IMG/VR virus record: IMGVR_UViG_3300024319_000005
Coordinates: 35,223 to 99,222 of that record
Reading direction: 5' to 3' (one strand)
DNA length: 64,000 bases
DNA from: a virus
A program made the position numbers and the translations under genes. This document shows, one piece after another, positions 11,295 through 21,906 of the stretch. Position 1 is the first letter of the stretch. Each line of letters starts with the position of its first letter. Under the pieces are notes generated by a model that searched no databases, was not told the origin of the DNA, and saw only the letters and a list, made by a program, of their open reading frames with translations.

Positions 11295-12923
11295 TTAATA
11301 TGCTAGTGTAGGATCGAATTCTACTCTACCAATTCTTTCTGTATCCCATACACAAAGTCCACCAGACATTTCTCTGTACATACCCATTTTTTTGTTGTTT
11401 GAGTAAGCATTTGAACCGTCAGTAATAGCACCTGTTACAGGGTCATATATGTTAGAAACAGTGTAGTATGATTCTACTCCACCTTCTTGAACACATGTAA
11501 TGTTTGCATTGTTTGCTGCTGCAGCTTTTTGATCAGTTGCACCAAAATCAAAGATATCATAAGCGTATGACTCTAAAGTTCTATCAACTCCTGGAGCCAT
11601 TTCTGGGAATAAGTTTCTGTCATCTTTGATTGGGTCATGTTGTACTTGAATTACTAGACCATTTGTTAGTCTAATAGAAGTAAACTGTGATCCGTACTCT
11701 AATGCGTTCTGGTGAAATCTTGAATCAACATTACGGATAAATTTATCATCAACAGTAACGTATTGGAATTGAGAAGCTTCCTTAGCAATTAGTCTGTGGA
11801 AGAAATCAACACCTGCTTCACCTGTAGAAAGAATAATCAATCTATCAGAGAAATCACGTCTTGTGATAAATACAGACATTAAGTATTCAGAAAGATCTGA
11901 AAGAGTTAATGAACCGTTGTGTGAGTAGAAGTTACCATCTTTCACTAACTGTCTCCATCCTGGAGGAGTTTTGATTGGTCTTCCTGAATCATGATCTTGA
12001 GAAAACTGTAAACGACCCCATTCCATGCTGAATTCTAAATCTCTGTGGATTCTTTCTTCAAGGATTCCTTCCATCTTAGTAATATATGTTCCAGCCATTA
12101 CTTTCGTAGACTGTCCACCTTTACCTGTGTTTCCTAGATTCTTTAGTTCAGAGTAATACATGTACCCAACTCCTAGAGCTTCTCCAGTGTGAGTACCTGT
12201 TCCGTCTGAATAAGACATACCTGCAGAAGAACCTCCATCTCTACATCCCATTTCTAGTCTGATAAATTTGTCAGTTACCTCTACCTTTCTTGCAAATGCT
12301 CCTGTCACAGATGACAATTCAAACATTTGGTTAAAGATAGGTGCAGAATATTTTGTGTTAAGCTCTGTTGCTACTTGTGTAGTTGCATCAATAACTTTTC
12401 TACCTGGCATAATGTACTTAATGTCTACCCAAGAATTTGGATCTCCATCTTGTAACTCAACTACGTAGTGGTAGTTATTATCAGATACTCTTTTACCGTG
12501 TCCTACTATCTTTAGCATAGGAGCATCAGCACTTTCTGTTTTAAGAACAGTTGGCTCATGTACGTTCGGTGTATCAAGACCGATCATAAATGACATTCCT
12601 CCTCTTCCTGGCTTACTATCAAGAGGTACTAATACGTCTGTGATAGTAAATGAAGTCTCAGTTTCACTAATTAAAGCCCACTTATAATCATCAACCCCTG
12701 GTCGGAGTGTATGAACATTATTATTTCCTTTAGTCATATAAAGGAATTTTTTGTTTAATAGGTGTGTTCCTGGCTTAGATGAAAAAAGTTGCGCTCCTCT
12801 AACACCGAAGTTATGAGGTCCGTACTTTTTAAACATCTGCGCGTGTGAAAACGAGTCTTGAAATGAACCTCCTAGAGTTTCTCTTCTTGTAAACTCTAAT
12901 GCAGTTTTTCTAAATGTACTCAT
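11295..12923 (-). CDS. Major capsid protein (crAss-like)
   Basis: 542 aa, follows portal and an acidic scaffold-like gene; LEFSMEWG, TGEAG and V.HDP patterns fit crAss-like MCPs. Confidence 0.85.
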   Translation of the reverse strand: MSTFRKTALEFTRRETLGGSFQDSFSHAQMFKKYGPHNFGVRGAQLFSSKPGTHLLNKKFLYMTKGNNNVHTLRPGVDDYKWALISETETSFTITDVLVPLDSKPGRGGMSFMIGLDTPNVHEPTVLKTESADAPMLKIVGHGKRVSDNNYHYVVELQDGDPNSWVDIKYIMPGRKVIDATTQVATELNTKYSAPIFNQMFELSSVTGAFARKVEVTDKFIRLEMGCRDGGSSAGMSYSDGTGTHTGEALGVGYMYYSELKNLGNTGKGGQSTKVMAGTYITKMEGILEERIHRDLEFSMEWGRLQFSQDHDSGRPIKTPPGWRQLVKDGNFYSHNGSLTLSDLSEYLMSVFITRRDFSDRLIILSTGEAGVDFFHRLIAKEASQFQYVTVDDKFIRNVDSRFHQNALEYGSQFTSIRLTNGLVIQVQHDPIKDDRNLFPEMAPGVDRTLESYAYDIFDFGATDQKAAAANNANITCVQEGGVESYYTVSNIYDPVTGAITDGSNAYSNNKKMGMYREMSGGLCVWDTERIGRVEFDPTLAY

Positions 12924-12936
12924 TATAATTATTTAT

Positions 12937-13968
12937 TTAAGGATTAACAAATTGAACATCATCCATTAGGTTTTTGTTACGCTTAGTTCCAGAGCTTTTT
13001 CGTGACGAGGAGCTGTAATTCTGTCTAATAGAATTGTCTTTTAATTTTTCTACCTGTTTAGAGGCTGCAACTTTTGCAAACTCTGTAAGGTCAAATGTTT
13101 TAGTTTTAGCATCATAGTACTGACTTAATGTAATTAACTGTACTAATGATTCAGGATTAGTAAATGCTTCTGTAAATCTTTCTACATATGCATTACTTCT
13201 ATAGTTAGCTTTAATAGCCTCCTTTGTTCTTTTAGGAAATTTATTATTATCTATAGTATCATATAGACTAGTAGTAAATTCTCGTTGAGCTTCCTGTTGC
13301 TCCATCTCTTGTAACCTTTGTTGTTCCAAGATTTCATCAGGTGTAGTCTGAGATGCTTTTTGGTATTTAGAAGCTAGTTCTTTTAATGCCTTACCTTCTT
13401 CATCTCTTGATTCTAATAGGTCAATGTTAGACTCTATTAGATCATCATCAAGCCCTTGAGCTTTTAGATGGTTACTTACTATTTCTCTTGCACCTTCTAA
13501 AGAGTCAACTGATACTGGTTGGTTATATAAGTTTAAAAATCCAACTACATCTTGATCAGTAAGTTCGTGACCTTTATTCATAATATACTCCATTATCTGT
13601 TTACCTTTTTCATTGGTATTAGATAGTAAGTTATCTTTTACACTTTCAGGAATCTCTTCAAAAATTTCATCAAGTTTTTCAAATGTACCATCAAAGTCAT
13701 CTCTGTCTGTAATATAACCTTTGTCAAGTAAAGTTTTATAAGTACCTACTGCGGTAGGATCTTCTTCTACTTGTTCAGGAGCATCGTTAACATCAACTTC
13801 TTCTTCTTCTTGTACATTTTCTCCAGCAGGATCATACGTTGATTCTTGTACTGGGGTGGAATCCTCTCCTTCTGTTTCTACTTTATAGAAATCTGGATCA
13901 GATATAATTTCGACATTTTCATTGTCAAGTAGGTCATCCATAGCAGGGACCTCAAACGTTTTAGCCAT
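12937..13968 (-). CDS. Putative capsid scaffold protein
   Basis: Very acidic N-terminus, helical, between portal and MCP. Confidence 0.65.
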   Translation of the reverse strand: MAKTFEVPAMDDLLDNENVEIISDPDFYKVETEGEDSTPVQESTYDPAGENVQEEEEVDVNDAPEQVEEDPTAVGTYKTLLDKGYITDRDDFDGTFEKLDEIFEEIPESVKDNLLSNTNEKGKQIMEYIMNKGHELTDQDVVGFLNLYNQPVSVDSLEGAREIVSNHLKAQGLDDDLIESNIDLLESRDEEGKALKELASKYQKASQTTPDEILEQQRLQEMEQQEAQREFTTSLYDTIDNNKFPKRTKEAIKANYRSNAYVERFTEAFTNPESLVQLITLSQYYDAKTKTFDLTEFAKVAASKQVEKLKDNSIRQNYSSSSRKSSGTKRNKNLMDDVQFVNP

Positions 13969-13989
13969 AATTTTTCTTTTTATGTTCTA

Positions 13990-14020
13990 CAAATATACTA
14001 ACATATGTTGAAACTTCAAA
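13990..14020 (-). promoter_or_regulatory. Bacteroidota housekeeping-sigma promoter for scaffold/MCP
   Basis: Minus strand TTTG-N19-TATATTTG, an exact match to the -33 TTTG / -7 TAnnTTTG consensus, 22 nt upstream of ATG 13968. Confidence 0.85.
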
Positions 14021-14083
14021 ATGTAAATTAGATACTTTCTGAAGTTTCATACATAGTTATATTTAATTAAAAAATATTTAAAA

Positions 14084-16672
14084 TTAATTAGTTTCCGATT
14101 TAGATTTGGAAGTTGCAATCCTTTCTTTAGACTCAATGTCCTTTTCTTTTAGAACTTTTTCATTCTGAAGTTTAGATTCTTTAATATCCATATCTCTTTC
14201 TTTAATGTTTAATTCTCTAGTTTTAATGTCAGCGTCTTGCCCTAATTTAAGCACTTCCATATAATCAGGTACTCCATCATTATCAGCATCTTTATCTTCA
14301 GCTCTAGCTGTGTTATTCATGGCAGCTATCTTTTCACTAGATGCATTACGCATTCCCATTAACTGTACTTCATGAGCTTGTGAATCTTCAACTTGCTCTT
14401 TTTGCATTTGTGCCATTTTTTCTTGTGACTCCATACTAGCTTGTTGCTGTGCTTGCGCTCTTTCTTGTTGCTTTTGTACTTCTACTTGAATTAACTTATG
14501 AGTTTCTTCAGCTGATTGACCTGACGTAATTGATTTTAATAACGTAGATACTGCAGCCATTCCTTGTGGATTCTGCGAAAACGCTTGAGAGTTTTGCTTC
14601 ATATAGTTTTGATACTCAATATTGTTTCCAGTATTAGTAACAAATACCATTGTGTTTAGCATTTCTACAGATTTATGGCTTATCTTAAATAATTCTCTAG
14701 TTCCATCTTCAAGTAGATACTCTAATGAGTGTTCTTCTTCATCTTCAAGTAATACTCTTTCTGCAAAAGTTCTAAAGTTAATTAAATAATCATTAAATAC
14801 ATCTGCCCATATTTGAGAGTGTGCAAAAAACAAAGGCTCTGTAATATGGTGAGACTGTGCAATTGCTTGTCTATTATCAGCCACATTACTTCCTGAACTA
14901 AATGCTGCTTGTCTTTGTGGGCTAATACCCATCGCCATAGACATTTCTCTTTCTAGCAACTCTAGTAATTGTTGTAGTAGATATATTTCGTTAGCTGTTG
15001 ATAACATCATCCCATGCCCTCCAGGTGTTCTTTGGGGATTTGGTAAGCCAGACACTCCAACTTGCGACCCTGAGTAAAAGTTTTTACCTAAGTACCTTTG
15101 GTATACTAATGCAACCTTTAGTGGGTCATTTATTGTTTCTCCATCTACATCTTTACCTAGTGATTCTGGTATTTGGTCTATGTCTATGTTTTGTACATAC
15201 CCTTCGTATTTTGATAACTCTCTATTTTGTATATTTTTAATAAATAAATATTGCAAGTATAACGGCAATGCTCTTTCAAACATAGACACAGAAGCTGCGT
15301 TTCTAGCAGTTAATACTATACCTTTGGTAGACAATGAAAAATTAGAAAATGGATTTTCTAAATTAGTTACTTGATAAGGTACTTCTCTATACTTTACAAA
15401 TTTGTTAGAGTCTAATCTAGTTACTTCATACTTACGTGGAACCCATAACGGCTCTACTGAGTATTCTGAATCTTCATCCATCCACACAAACTTATGTGTC
15501 TTATGTCCAAATTTGTTTGTAAACTTAACTTTTTCTGCAGTTTTAGGTATATCAAAATCGTTTCTAACTAGTAATGTTACTTTTTCTCCTAATTCATTAA
15601 TATAAGACATAAAGTATACAGGCTTAAACGCTTTAAACTCAAATCGAGTTCTAGTTACTAACTGATCATCTCTATGTCCTGTTGTTTGATAAAGCCCATC
15701 AGTCTTTTCTCTTTTACCTCTAGCATCGTCATAAAAATCTTCTAGTATAGAATAGTCTTTTTCTGTGTTCTGTATATTCCTAGATCCTACCCCTAAACTA
15801 TTACGTTTATCTCTAATTGATGCATTGATAAAAGAATAATCTGCTATTTCTTCATCACTAAGTACGTCTATATATTCTTCTATAGCTTGTGCTGGTGTAA
15901 TAGTATCTATATGTGCAATCCAATCTCCTTTGTGTATTCTAGGTTCATTAGGTGATTTATGAAACTTAGTATTCATTGGGTTCCACACTTCTACCATAGG
16001 TGCTCCATGTTTCCAGCCAGAGTGAATAAAGCATCTATCATTTATAATAAGATCTGCTATTGTATCTAGCTCTTTGGCTTTAGTGTCTTGAGTAGCTTTA
16101 CAGAACTTAAGTGCATGTGAGTAAAATATTTCCCACTCAGAGCTAAAGTTTTTTGCATTAATATCTTCAGGCTGCTCTTGTGTAGTAAGCTCTTGGATCA
16201 TTTGATCTATCTCTGTAGGCTTCATTCCAGCCATCTTACCTTGCATTTCCTGTATCTTTATAGCTACCTTTTCCTCAACCGAGGCTGTAAGTGCAGCTAA
16301 AAGCTTTTCATTCTTATCTTTTATTGCTTTAGCAGATAAGATCATTACTTTAAAGTCTTCTACCCTCTTAAGCTTCTCTCCTTTTAATATGTTAACTAGG
16401 TTATGTAGTTTTGGATAAGATATTAAATCTTCTTCTACATTAAAGTCGGTATATACACCTAGTGGGTTACATATTTTCTTAGTTTCTTCTTTTATACTAC
16501 TAAGGTCACCGTTATATATTTGGTAATTTTTATGTAATCTATCATAGTCATCTACATAACTATCTTTATAGGGAACACAATATTCCATATAGTCTACATA
16601 CCAGTCTTTAGTTTTCTTAGAGTCTGGTACTTTTAAGTTTAACGGTATTTCCGTATTTTTAAATGCCTTCAT
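14084..16672 (-). CDS. Portal protein
   Basis: 862 aa; MAMGISPQRQA and QAIAQSHHITEPLFFAH portal-like motifs, Gln-rich coiled coil, C-terminal DADNDGVPD. Confidence 0.85.
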   Translation of the reverse strand: MKAFKNTEIPLNLKVPDSKKTKDWYVDYMEYCVPYKDSYVDDYDRLHKNYQIYNGDLSSIKEETKKICNPLGVYTDFNVEEDLISYPKLHNLVNILKGEKLKRVEDFKVMILSAKAIKDKNEKLLAALTASVEEKVAIKIQEMQGKMAGMKPTEIDQMIQELTTQEQPEDINAKNFSSEWEIFYSHALKFCKATQDTKAKELDTIADLIINDRCFIHSGWKHGAPMVEVWNPMNTKFHKSPNEPRIHKGDWIAHIDTITPAQAIEEYIDVLSDEEIADYSFINASIRDKRNSLGVGSRNIQNTEKDYSILEDFYDDARGKREKTDGLYQTTGHRDDQLVTRTRFEFKAFKPVYFMSYINELGEKVTLLVRNDFDIPKTAEKVKFTNKFGHKTHKFVWMDEDSEYSVEPLWVPRKYEVTRLDSNKFVKYREVPYQVTNLENPFSNFSLSTKGIVLTARNAASVSMFERALPLYLQYLFIKNIQNRELSKYEGYVQNIDIDQIPESLGKDVDGETINDPLKVALVYQRYLGKNFYSGSQVGVSGLPNPQRTPGGHGMMLSTANEIYLLQQLLELLEREMSMAMGISPQRQAAFSSGSNVADNRQAIAQSHHITEPLFFAHSQIWADVFNDYLINFRTFAERVLLEDEEEHSLEYLLEDGTRELFKISHKSVEMLNTMVFVTNTGNNIEYQNYMKQNSQAFSQNPQGMAAVSTLLKSITSGQSAEETHKLIQVEVQKQQERAQAQQQASMESQEKMAQMQKEQVEDSQAHEVQLMGMRNASSEKIAAMNNTARAEDKDADNDGVPDYMEVLKLGQDADIKTRELNIKERDMDIKESKLQNEKVLKEKDIESKERIATSKSKSETN

Positions 16673-18068
16673 TATTTATTATATAATTTGTGTTTAGGAG
16701 TAGCTCATATGATGCAAATGCATTTTTTAAAGATTGTACTATTACTCGTGTTGGATCTATAATACCTTCTTCTAATAAGTTACATGCCTTTTTGGTTAAA
16801 ACGTTAATTTCTTCTACAGTCTGTTCTAATTCAGCATTACTTTTAATTTGATATGCAGGTGCAAAGCCTATATCTTCGATTAGAGAGCCTTTTGCAGCCT
16901 CTGCTAGGGCTATACCTCCCCCCTTAACATATCCTCCCTCTATGGCAGCCTGTACGGCTCCTAGGGCATCTTCTATCCTATCGTATTCTTCCTGTCTGTT
17001 CTTTTCGGTTGCACCTCCTACATAAATAATAGCAGTAGAGCCTCTTAACTTATTTATTCTAATCTCAGCAAATCTTTTTTCGTGGTCTTCTATATACCCA
17101 TCAAACGTTGCTTCTACTTCCGCTATTCTTTTTTCTATACCTTCTTTACTTTCTGTAAAAATAGTAAATGCTACTGGAGTTATAATAATCTTATCAACCA
17201 ACCCTTGCTCATTACGTAGTGCTTCTATATCTCTATAATTCTCTACCATATTTCTACCCCAACCTGGAGCTTTAACTAAACAAGCTTTTAGTCCTTTAGT
17301 CATGTTACCGTAAACAGTAGATATAACTGCAGGAGAAAATCCTGGAGAAATAATTACTAATGGTGCATTTAATTTATTAGCGTGCTCTATAGCTTGTATG
17401 TATAAGGATGGATCAGACGATTTGTTTTCATCGATAACAACTAAAGCGTTTTCTAGGTTACAGTACCCATTACGTTGATTCTTAAACTTTTCAGAGATAT
17501 ACCCTGTGTTACCAATAAATTCTACACCACTTGCTACTTCGTAGTAAGTCTCAATAGACTCTTCATCTTCTTCTAGTGTTACTCTAGACTCTAGACCTAC
17601 TTGCTCGTATACTGTCTTTAGTATTTTTCCTACTTCTTTAGAGTTACCTGACGTAGATGCAATTGCCTCTAGTTCATCTAGTGTAGTAAGTTCTTTTGAG
17701 CTTTCTAGAACTTTATCTATTACTGTTGCTATTTCTGTTTGCAATGTAGTTACATACTCTCTTGTATTACTAGGGATTTCCCTATTAGCCATTGCTTTTA
17801 ATAATACTGACGTTGATGTAGTACCATCACCACATTCTTCTACTGTTTTCTGAGCTGAGTTAATTACTAACTGAGCACCTATATCTTCTATAGGGTTTCT
17901 TAACTTTATTTCTCTTGCTACTGATACTCCATCTTTAGTAAATCTAGAATATCCATTTCTGTTAATTAAAACGTATTTACCGTGAGCACCCATTGTTGAG
18001 GATACTACATCGGCAGCCTTAGACAAGCCTACTAATACTTCTTTTTTTGTGTCTATGATTCTGGTCAT
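16659..18068 (-). CDS. groEL: Phage chaperonin (GroEL-like, 469 aa)
   Basis: FTKDGVSVA, GDGTTST, VKAPGWG, RIEDALGA, GYVKGGGIAL and GIIDPTRV motifs. Confidence 0.95.
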   Translation of the reverse strand: MTRIIDTKKEVLVGLSKAADVVSSTMGAHGKYVLINRNGYSRFTKDGVSVAREIKLRNPIEDIGAQLVINSAQKTVEECGDGTTSTSVLLKAMANREIPSNTREYVTTLQTEIATVIDKVLESSKELTTLDELEAIASTSGNSKEVGKILKTVYEQVGLESRVTLEEDEESIETYYEVASGVEFIGNTGYISEKFKNQRNGYCNLENALVVIDENKSSDPSLYIQAIEHANKLNAPLVIISPGFSPAVISTVYGNMTKGLKACLVKAPGWGRNMVENYRDIEALRNEQGLVDKIIITPVAFTIFTESKEGIEKRIAEVEATFDGYIEDHEKRFAEIRINKLRGSTAIIYVGGATEKNRQEEYDRIEDALGAVQAAIEGGYVKGGGIALAEAAKGSLIEDIGFAPAYQIKSNAELEQTVEEINVLTKKACNLLEEGIIDPTRVIVQSLKNAFASYELLLNTNYIINNEGI

Positions 18069-20400
18069 GTATTGCGCTATTTGTTGATAAAAACTGTAAT
18101 CTGTTTGATTCTTTTTTTCTTCTGACTTGTGTCATAAAAGATTCTTGTTCTGATAAAAATGTAGGAACTAGTATTAACGATGATACTGCATCAAAGTTAC
18201 CATCTAGTGTAAACTGAGCAATTTGCCGTACTAAAAATATACAAGGTAGTGTTTCTATTAATTTAACTTCTCCGTTACCTCGTGTTACGTCAGTAAGTAA
18301 TAAGTCATTTGTATCATCTACCATTGTCATTTTACCTATAGCTCCTCTAGCACCTACCATATACCCAAACTGGGTTACTTTCTTTTCGTAGATACTGTCT
18401 CCTTTTGCATGCTGGGGTCTTAATGCTAGTAAATGTAACTTACTCTTTTTCTCAAAGTAAGACCTACAAAATTCCCCTCTGTTTGCTTCATATACTAACC
18501 CTCTAAATGGGTTACCATAGAATGCTAACAACTTTTCTAAATTCTGATAGTATTGTTTCTTACCTCCTTTAGGTTTACCTATGTAAGAACAAACTAGTTG
18601 GTTACCATCATGTGTAACACTGTACTTAGGATTTAAAAATCCATAGGTTACTCCTAACGATGCTCCGTCTTCTTGGTTATCTGATACATAAGGATCATGT
18701 ACAAAAAAATACATATCGTTAGGTACTGAACCTCTAACTTCTTGCGGTGGCTGGTACATCATTACTTCACCATCCATTCTTTCCATGTCTTTTCTAATTG
18801 GAAAATCATAAAAAGGATTAGGATTATGCACTATATCATAAGTTACTCCGTTAGGTTTAGCACTATCCCACCTTAACTCTATAGCTGTACCAATAGTTTG
18901 ATAGAGCTTTCTGTCCATTAATTGTCTCTCCCTTTCTACTGCTTCTTCATATGGTAGTAAATACTGTGCATCTGTAACCCACATGTGTGATGGTATATCA
19001 GGGTAGTTCATACAGTGCATTCTAAGTGTTTTGGGATTTGCAGACTGTGCTGCTTCCATATACTCACTTAACCAATGTTCTCGTGCTGCTTTTACATCTG
19101 TATTACCATTTCTATCCTTAAACTGTCTATAAGTCATGTATGCAGGAATAAAAAACCCTATATTACCAGTGTTCTCCCAAACGTCTTCATATTCTACTAT
19201 ATTAAATTGTGCAGGGTTAGTAAACATTTCTTTTGACTGCAATACTAACTCTACGTTTCCTGATGTACCTAGTAGATACTGTATCCCAAACTGTACACCA
19301 TTTCTTGTTACTGTTGCTTTATTAGAGTTCCATACTTCTATAACGTTATCACTTAATCCAACCTCCTCAAAGGTACTTACGTTATAACGACCTCCTGCTG
19401 CTGCTTCTGCTCCGTCTTTCTTGTTAGATGAATAAGATACATGAAACATTCTTGTACCTGTACCAAAACCACCTACCCAACTACCATTAATCTTTTGCTC
19501 ATATAAGTGTGCCCAACCACCAACTTGTTTGTTACCTGGCTTGATAGGACCATTCATATCTCTGTAGAATGGGTTAGGAGTCCAATCCGAACCACCTTGT
19601 TGCCCCCATACTCCTAGCCTTGGGTTAGTTGCAAACTCATTCATTGCATCTACAAGCTTCTGTATAAGTTCACCAGATTTATCTGTCTGCCCAGATCCTA
19701 TAGCTATTTCTATTTTTTGTACAACTTCTTTGTCATACTTTACTGCTCCATCAAAGCATATCTGATAAAGGTTAACTGCTATTGCAGAAAAAAAACTTTT
19801 ACCTGAACCCCTTGATCCAAATACAAACTGGTTACTAGCTGGGTTTTGAAACAAAGGTATTCCTAACGGTTCGTCAGTTACTCTTCTAAGGTTTTGTCTT
19901 GGGGGTAAGTATTTCTTTAACTTTCCTTTTTTGTTTATTACATTTAGTAATGCTTCTTTTAAGTCTGGATCCATGTCTTCAAACTCTGCAGTGTTAGGAA
20001 CTCCTTTTTCTACATAATCAAAATACAAACTATCAGAAGTATACTCATCATCATTCTTATATCCTGAAAACCCCCTTGCTTCCCAATGATGAAAAGCTTG
20101 TTCCCACTCTAAGTCTTGTATCTTTGGTGCAGTCTTCTTAGTTACTTTAGTAAACTTGTTAGTATCTACAATAATACCAAATTTACCATAAAAGTACAAA
20201 CAACCTGGCATATGCATCCATTTACCAAACTGCTGTGTCCATTTACCTTCTATACAGTATTTTTTTTCTTGTTGCCAATATTCTATGTATCTTGGGTCAC
20301 TAGGGTGAAATATTTTTATTTCATCTAAGTTAAATGCTTTTATATTATCTATTTTTACCCAATTAGGCTGACCACAAGTCCAATGTTTATATTCTGTCAT
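18019..20400 (-). CDS. terL: Terminase large subunit
   Basis: Walker A GSRGSGKS, Walker B STFEEVG, GTSG, nuclease motifs HDPY and NFDAVS; upstream of portal. Confidence 0.9.
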   Translation of the reverse strand: MTEYKHWTCGQPNWVKIDNIKAFNLDEIKIFHPSDPRYIEYWQQEKKYCIEGKWTQQFGKWMHMPGCLYFYGKFGIIVDTNKFTKVTKKTAPKIQDLEWEQAFHHWEARGFSGYKNDDEYTSDSLYFDYVEKGVPNTAEFEDMDPDLKEALLNVINKKGKLKKYLPPRQNLRRVTDEPLGIPLFQNPASNQFVFGSRGSGKSFFSAIAVNLYQICFDGAVKYDKEVVQKIEIAIGSGQTDKSGELIQKLVDAMNEFATNPRLGVWGQQGGSDWTPNPFYRDMNGPIKPGNKQVGGWAHLYEQKINGSWVGGFGTGTRMFHVSYSSNKKDGAEAAAGGRYNVSTFEEVGLSDNVIEVWNSNKATVTRNGVQFGIQYLLGTSGNVELVLQSKEMFTNPAQFNIVEYEDVWENTGNIGFFIPAYMTYRQFKDRNGNTDVKAAREHWLSEYMEAAQSANPKTLRMHCMNYPDIPSHMWVTDAQYLLPYEEAVERERQLMDRKLYQTIGTAIELRWDSAKPNGVTYDIVHNPNPFYDFPIRKDMERMDGEVMMYQPPQEVRGSVPNDMYFFVHDPYVSDNQEDGASLGVTYGFLNPKYSVTHDGNQLVCSYIGKPKGGKKQYYQNLEKLLAFYGNPFRGLVYEANRGEFCRSYFEKKSKLHLLALRPQHAKGDSIYEKKVTQFGYMVGARGAIGKMTMVDDTNDLLLTDVTRGNGEVKLIETLPCIFLVRQIAQFTLDGNFDAVSSLILVPTFLSEQESFMTQVRRKKESNRLQFLSTNSAIHDQNHRHKKRSISRLV

Positions 20401-20415
20401 ACGCTATTCTAGTTT

Positions 20416-20447
20416 AAAAAGAAGAGAGAGCTTCGGGCTCCCTCCCC
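20416..20447 (-). terminator. Intrinsic terminator just upstream of terL
   Basis: Minus strand GGGAGGGAGC-CCGAA-GCTCTCTCTT-CTTTTT. Confidence 0.65.
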
Positions 20448-20460
20448 AATTCACCTATTG

Positions 20461-20497
20461 GATTGTCTTTATTTACAAGGGTACAATCTTAAACCCT
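20461..20497 (-). ncRNA. H-type pseudoknot
   Basis: Minus strand AGGGT-TTAA-GATTGT-ACCCT-TGTAAATAAAG-ACAATC (5-bp and 6-bp perfect stems). Confidence 0.6.
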
Positions 20498-20516
20498 CTC
20501 TGCACAAAGTGTAATC

Positions 20517-20789
20517 TTAAGAGTACTTTCTTAACCACTCTTCTATATGCTCATGCCTAAGTGTTATAGGAGGATCTATTTGCTTTTTATTTTTAAAAAA
20601 CGCAGGTATGCCCTTACGTGTAAATACGTAACCTTGGTCTTCTAATCTACCTTTGTTCTCATTAAAGTTTTCTCTCTTGCCCATATCTTCTACTCCTAGT
20701 TGTATTCCTAGTATGTAAGCTATTTTTCCTATTTGTTCTTTAGCTGTTCTACATGGGCTACACCATTCCGCGCCTGCTATTACTATCAT
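20517..20789 (-). CDS. Thioredoxin/glutaredoxin-like protein
   Basis: WCSPC active site and GIP cis-Pro motif. Confidence 0.8.
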   Translation of the reverse strand: MIVIAGAEWCSPCRTAKEQIGKIAYILGIQLGVEDMGKRENFNENKGRLEDQGYVFTRKGIPAFFKNKKQIDPPITLRHEHIEEWLRKYS

Positions 20790-21166
20790 GAGTCTATTTC
20801 TTCTTTTAGTAAATCCATAAGTTGTTCCATTCTTTTTGCATAGTATGTTTCAAAAGATTCATCTATGTTATTGTTTTTGTATACTACGTATAAGGTATTT
20901 CTCATTCTTTTAGATAAAGTCTTACCAAACGTTGTATCTGATTTCATTTCATCTAACTCACTAAGCTCCTTTGCTGTAAAAACTTCTGGTTTCATTGTTA
21001 TATAACAGAAGTCACTCATTCCTAGTATTTCTCCTGCTACATTAGGCTCTAGTTCATCTGTATTAAACGATATATTTACTGTTCTATTTTTTAATCTTTG
21101 TACTTTTGTTATTTCTGCTGGTATAGTTACCATAAATTTATATTTATTAGATAAGCCCTCTTTCAC
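20786..21166 (-). CDS. Hypothetical protein
   Basis: ORF overlapping both neighbours. Confidence 0.7.
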   Translation of the reverse strand: MKEGLSNKYKFMVTIPAEITKVQRLKNRTVNISFNTDELEPNVAGEILGMSDFCYITMKPEVFTAKELSELDEMKSDTTFGKTLSKRMRNTLYVVYKNNNIDESFETYYAKRMEQLMDLLKEEIDS

Positions 21167-21716
21167 TAGCTGTAAGCTTTCTACCGCCCTTTAGTTGAGC
21201 TTCTGCTTTTTCTAACTGCCACATTTCTTCTAAGTCTTTTAATTCTTTAAACAAACTTGCTATGGTCTTAGATAAAGTTGCTACCTGCTTTATAGTTCCT
21301 GGTATAACTCTTACTTTATTAGTTTCATCTACAGTATCTAGAGTTAGAGTAGTACCATCTATAAACTTTTGGTATCTTTTAATCTGATCTTGGTGTTTCT
21401 TTACAGCTCTTTGTGCAAAGGTCATTGTTAGATCTGTATACTCGCCTCTTCCTACTATATATAAAGGAAAATCTATATTAAAATTAGGAAAGAACTTATC
21501 TTTTGCATTGTCTATCCTTACTTCCTCTGGTAATGAGTACTGAGGATTTATTTCCTCGTCATTCTCTTCCATTAGAATAATCATCCACATATATTTACTT
21601 GAAAGCTCTCCACCTTCGTCAGTAGCATGTAACTCTGAATAAGGCTTTATCATAACAAATTGAGGGTTAACTTCCCAACAATTTGTGTCAGGAGACCACG
21701 GTCTAATAGCTTGCAT
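21147..21716 (-). CDS. Hypothetical protein, candidate terminase small subunit
   Basis: 189 aa helical protein with C-terminal LKGG, upstream of terL. Function is positional inference. Confidence 0.4.
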   Translation of the reverse strand: MQAIRPWSPDTNCWEVNPQFVMIKPYSELHATDEGGELSSKYMWMIILMEENDEEINPQYSLPEEVRIDNAKDKFFPNFNIDFPLYIVGRGEYTDLTMTFAQRAVKKHQDQIKRYQKFIDGTTLTLDTVDETNKVRVIPGTIKQVATLSKTIASLFKELKDLEEMWQLEKAEAQLKGGRKLTASERGLI

Positions 21717-21906
21717 TAGTAAACCCTTTTATTTCTCCTGTATTCTTTTTATCTTTATCTGATAGTACTTCCCAGTTTTTATTTTTAGTAGAATTTACTA
21801 CACTTTTATAATTCCATCCCAAAAAAAAAGATTTAATTGTCTGTTTTGTATTTGCAATACTGTCTGTCTTCCACTCTATCTGATTAATTATCTCCTGTCT
21901 GTACAT
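21703..21906 (-). CDS. Hypothetical protein
   Basis: Short ORF overlapping both neighbours. Confidence 0.55.
   Translation of the reverse strand: MYRQEIINQIEWKTDSIANTKQTIKSFFLGWNYKSVVNSTKNKNWEVLSDKDKKNTGEIKGFTNASY

Noticed and set aside
20441-20450. CCTCCCCAAT as a fourth copy of the 24-nt box
   Set aside because: Lacks CAAAC and CTAATTA and is explained as a terminator arm.
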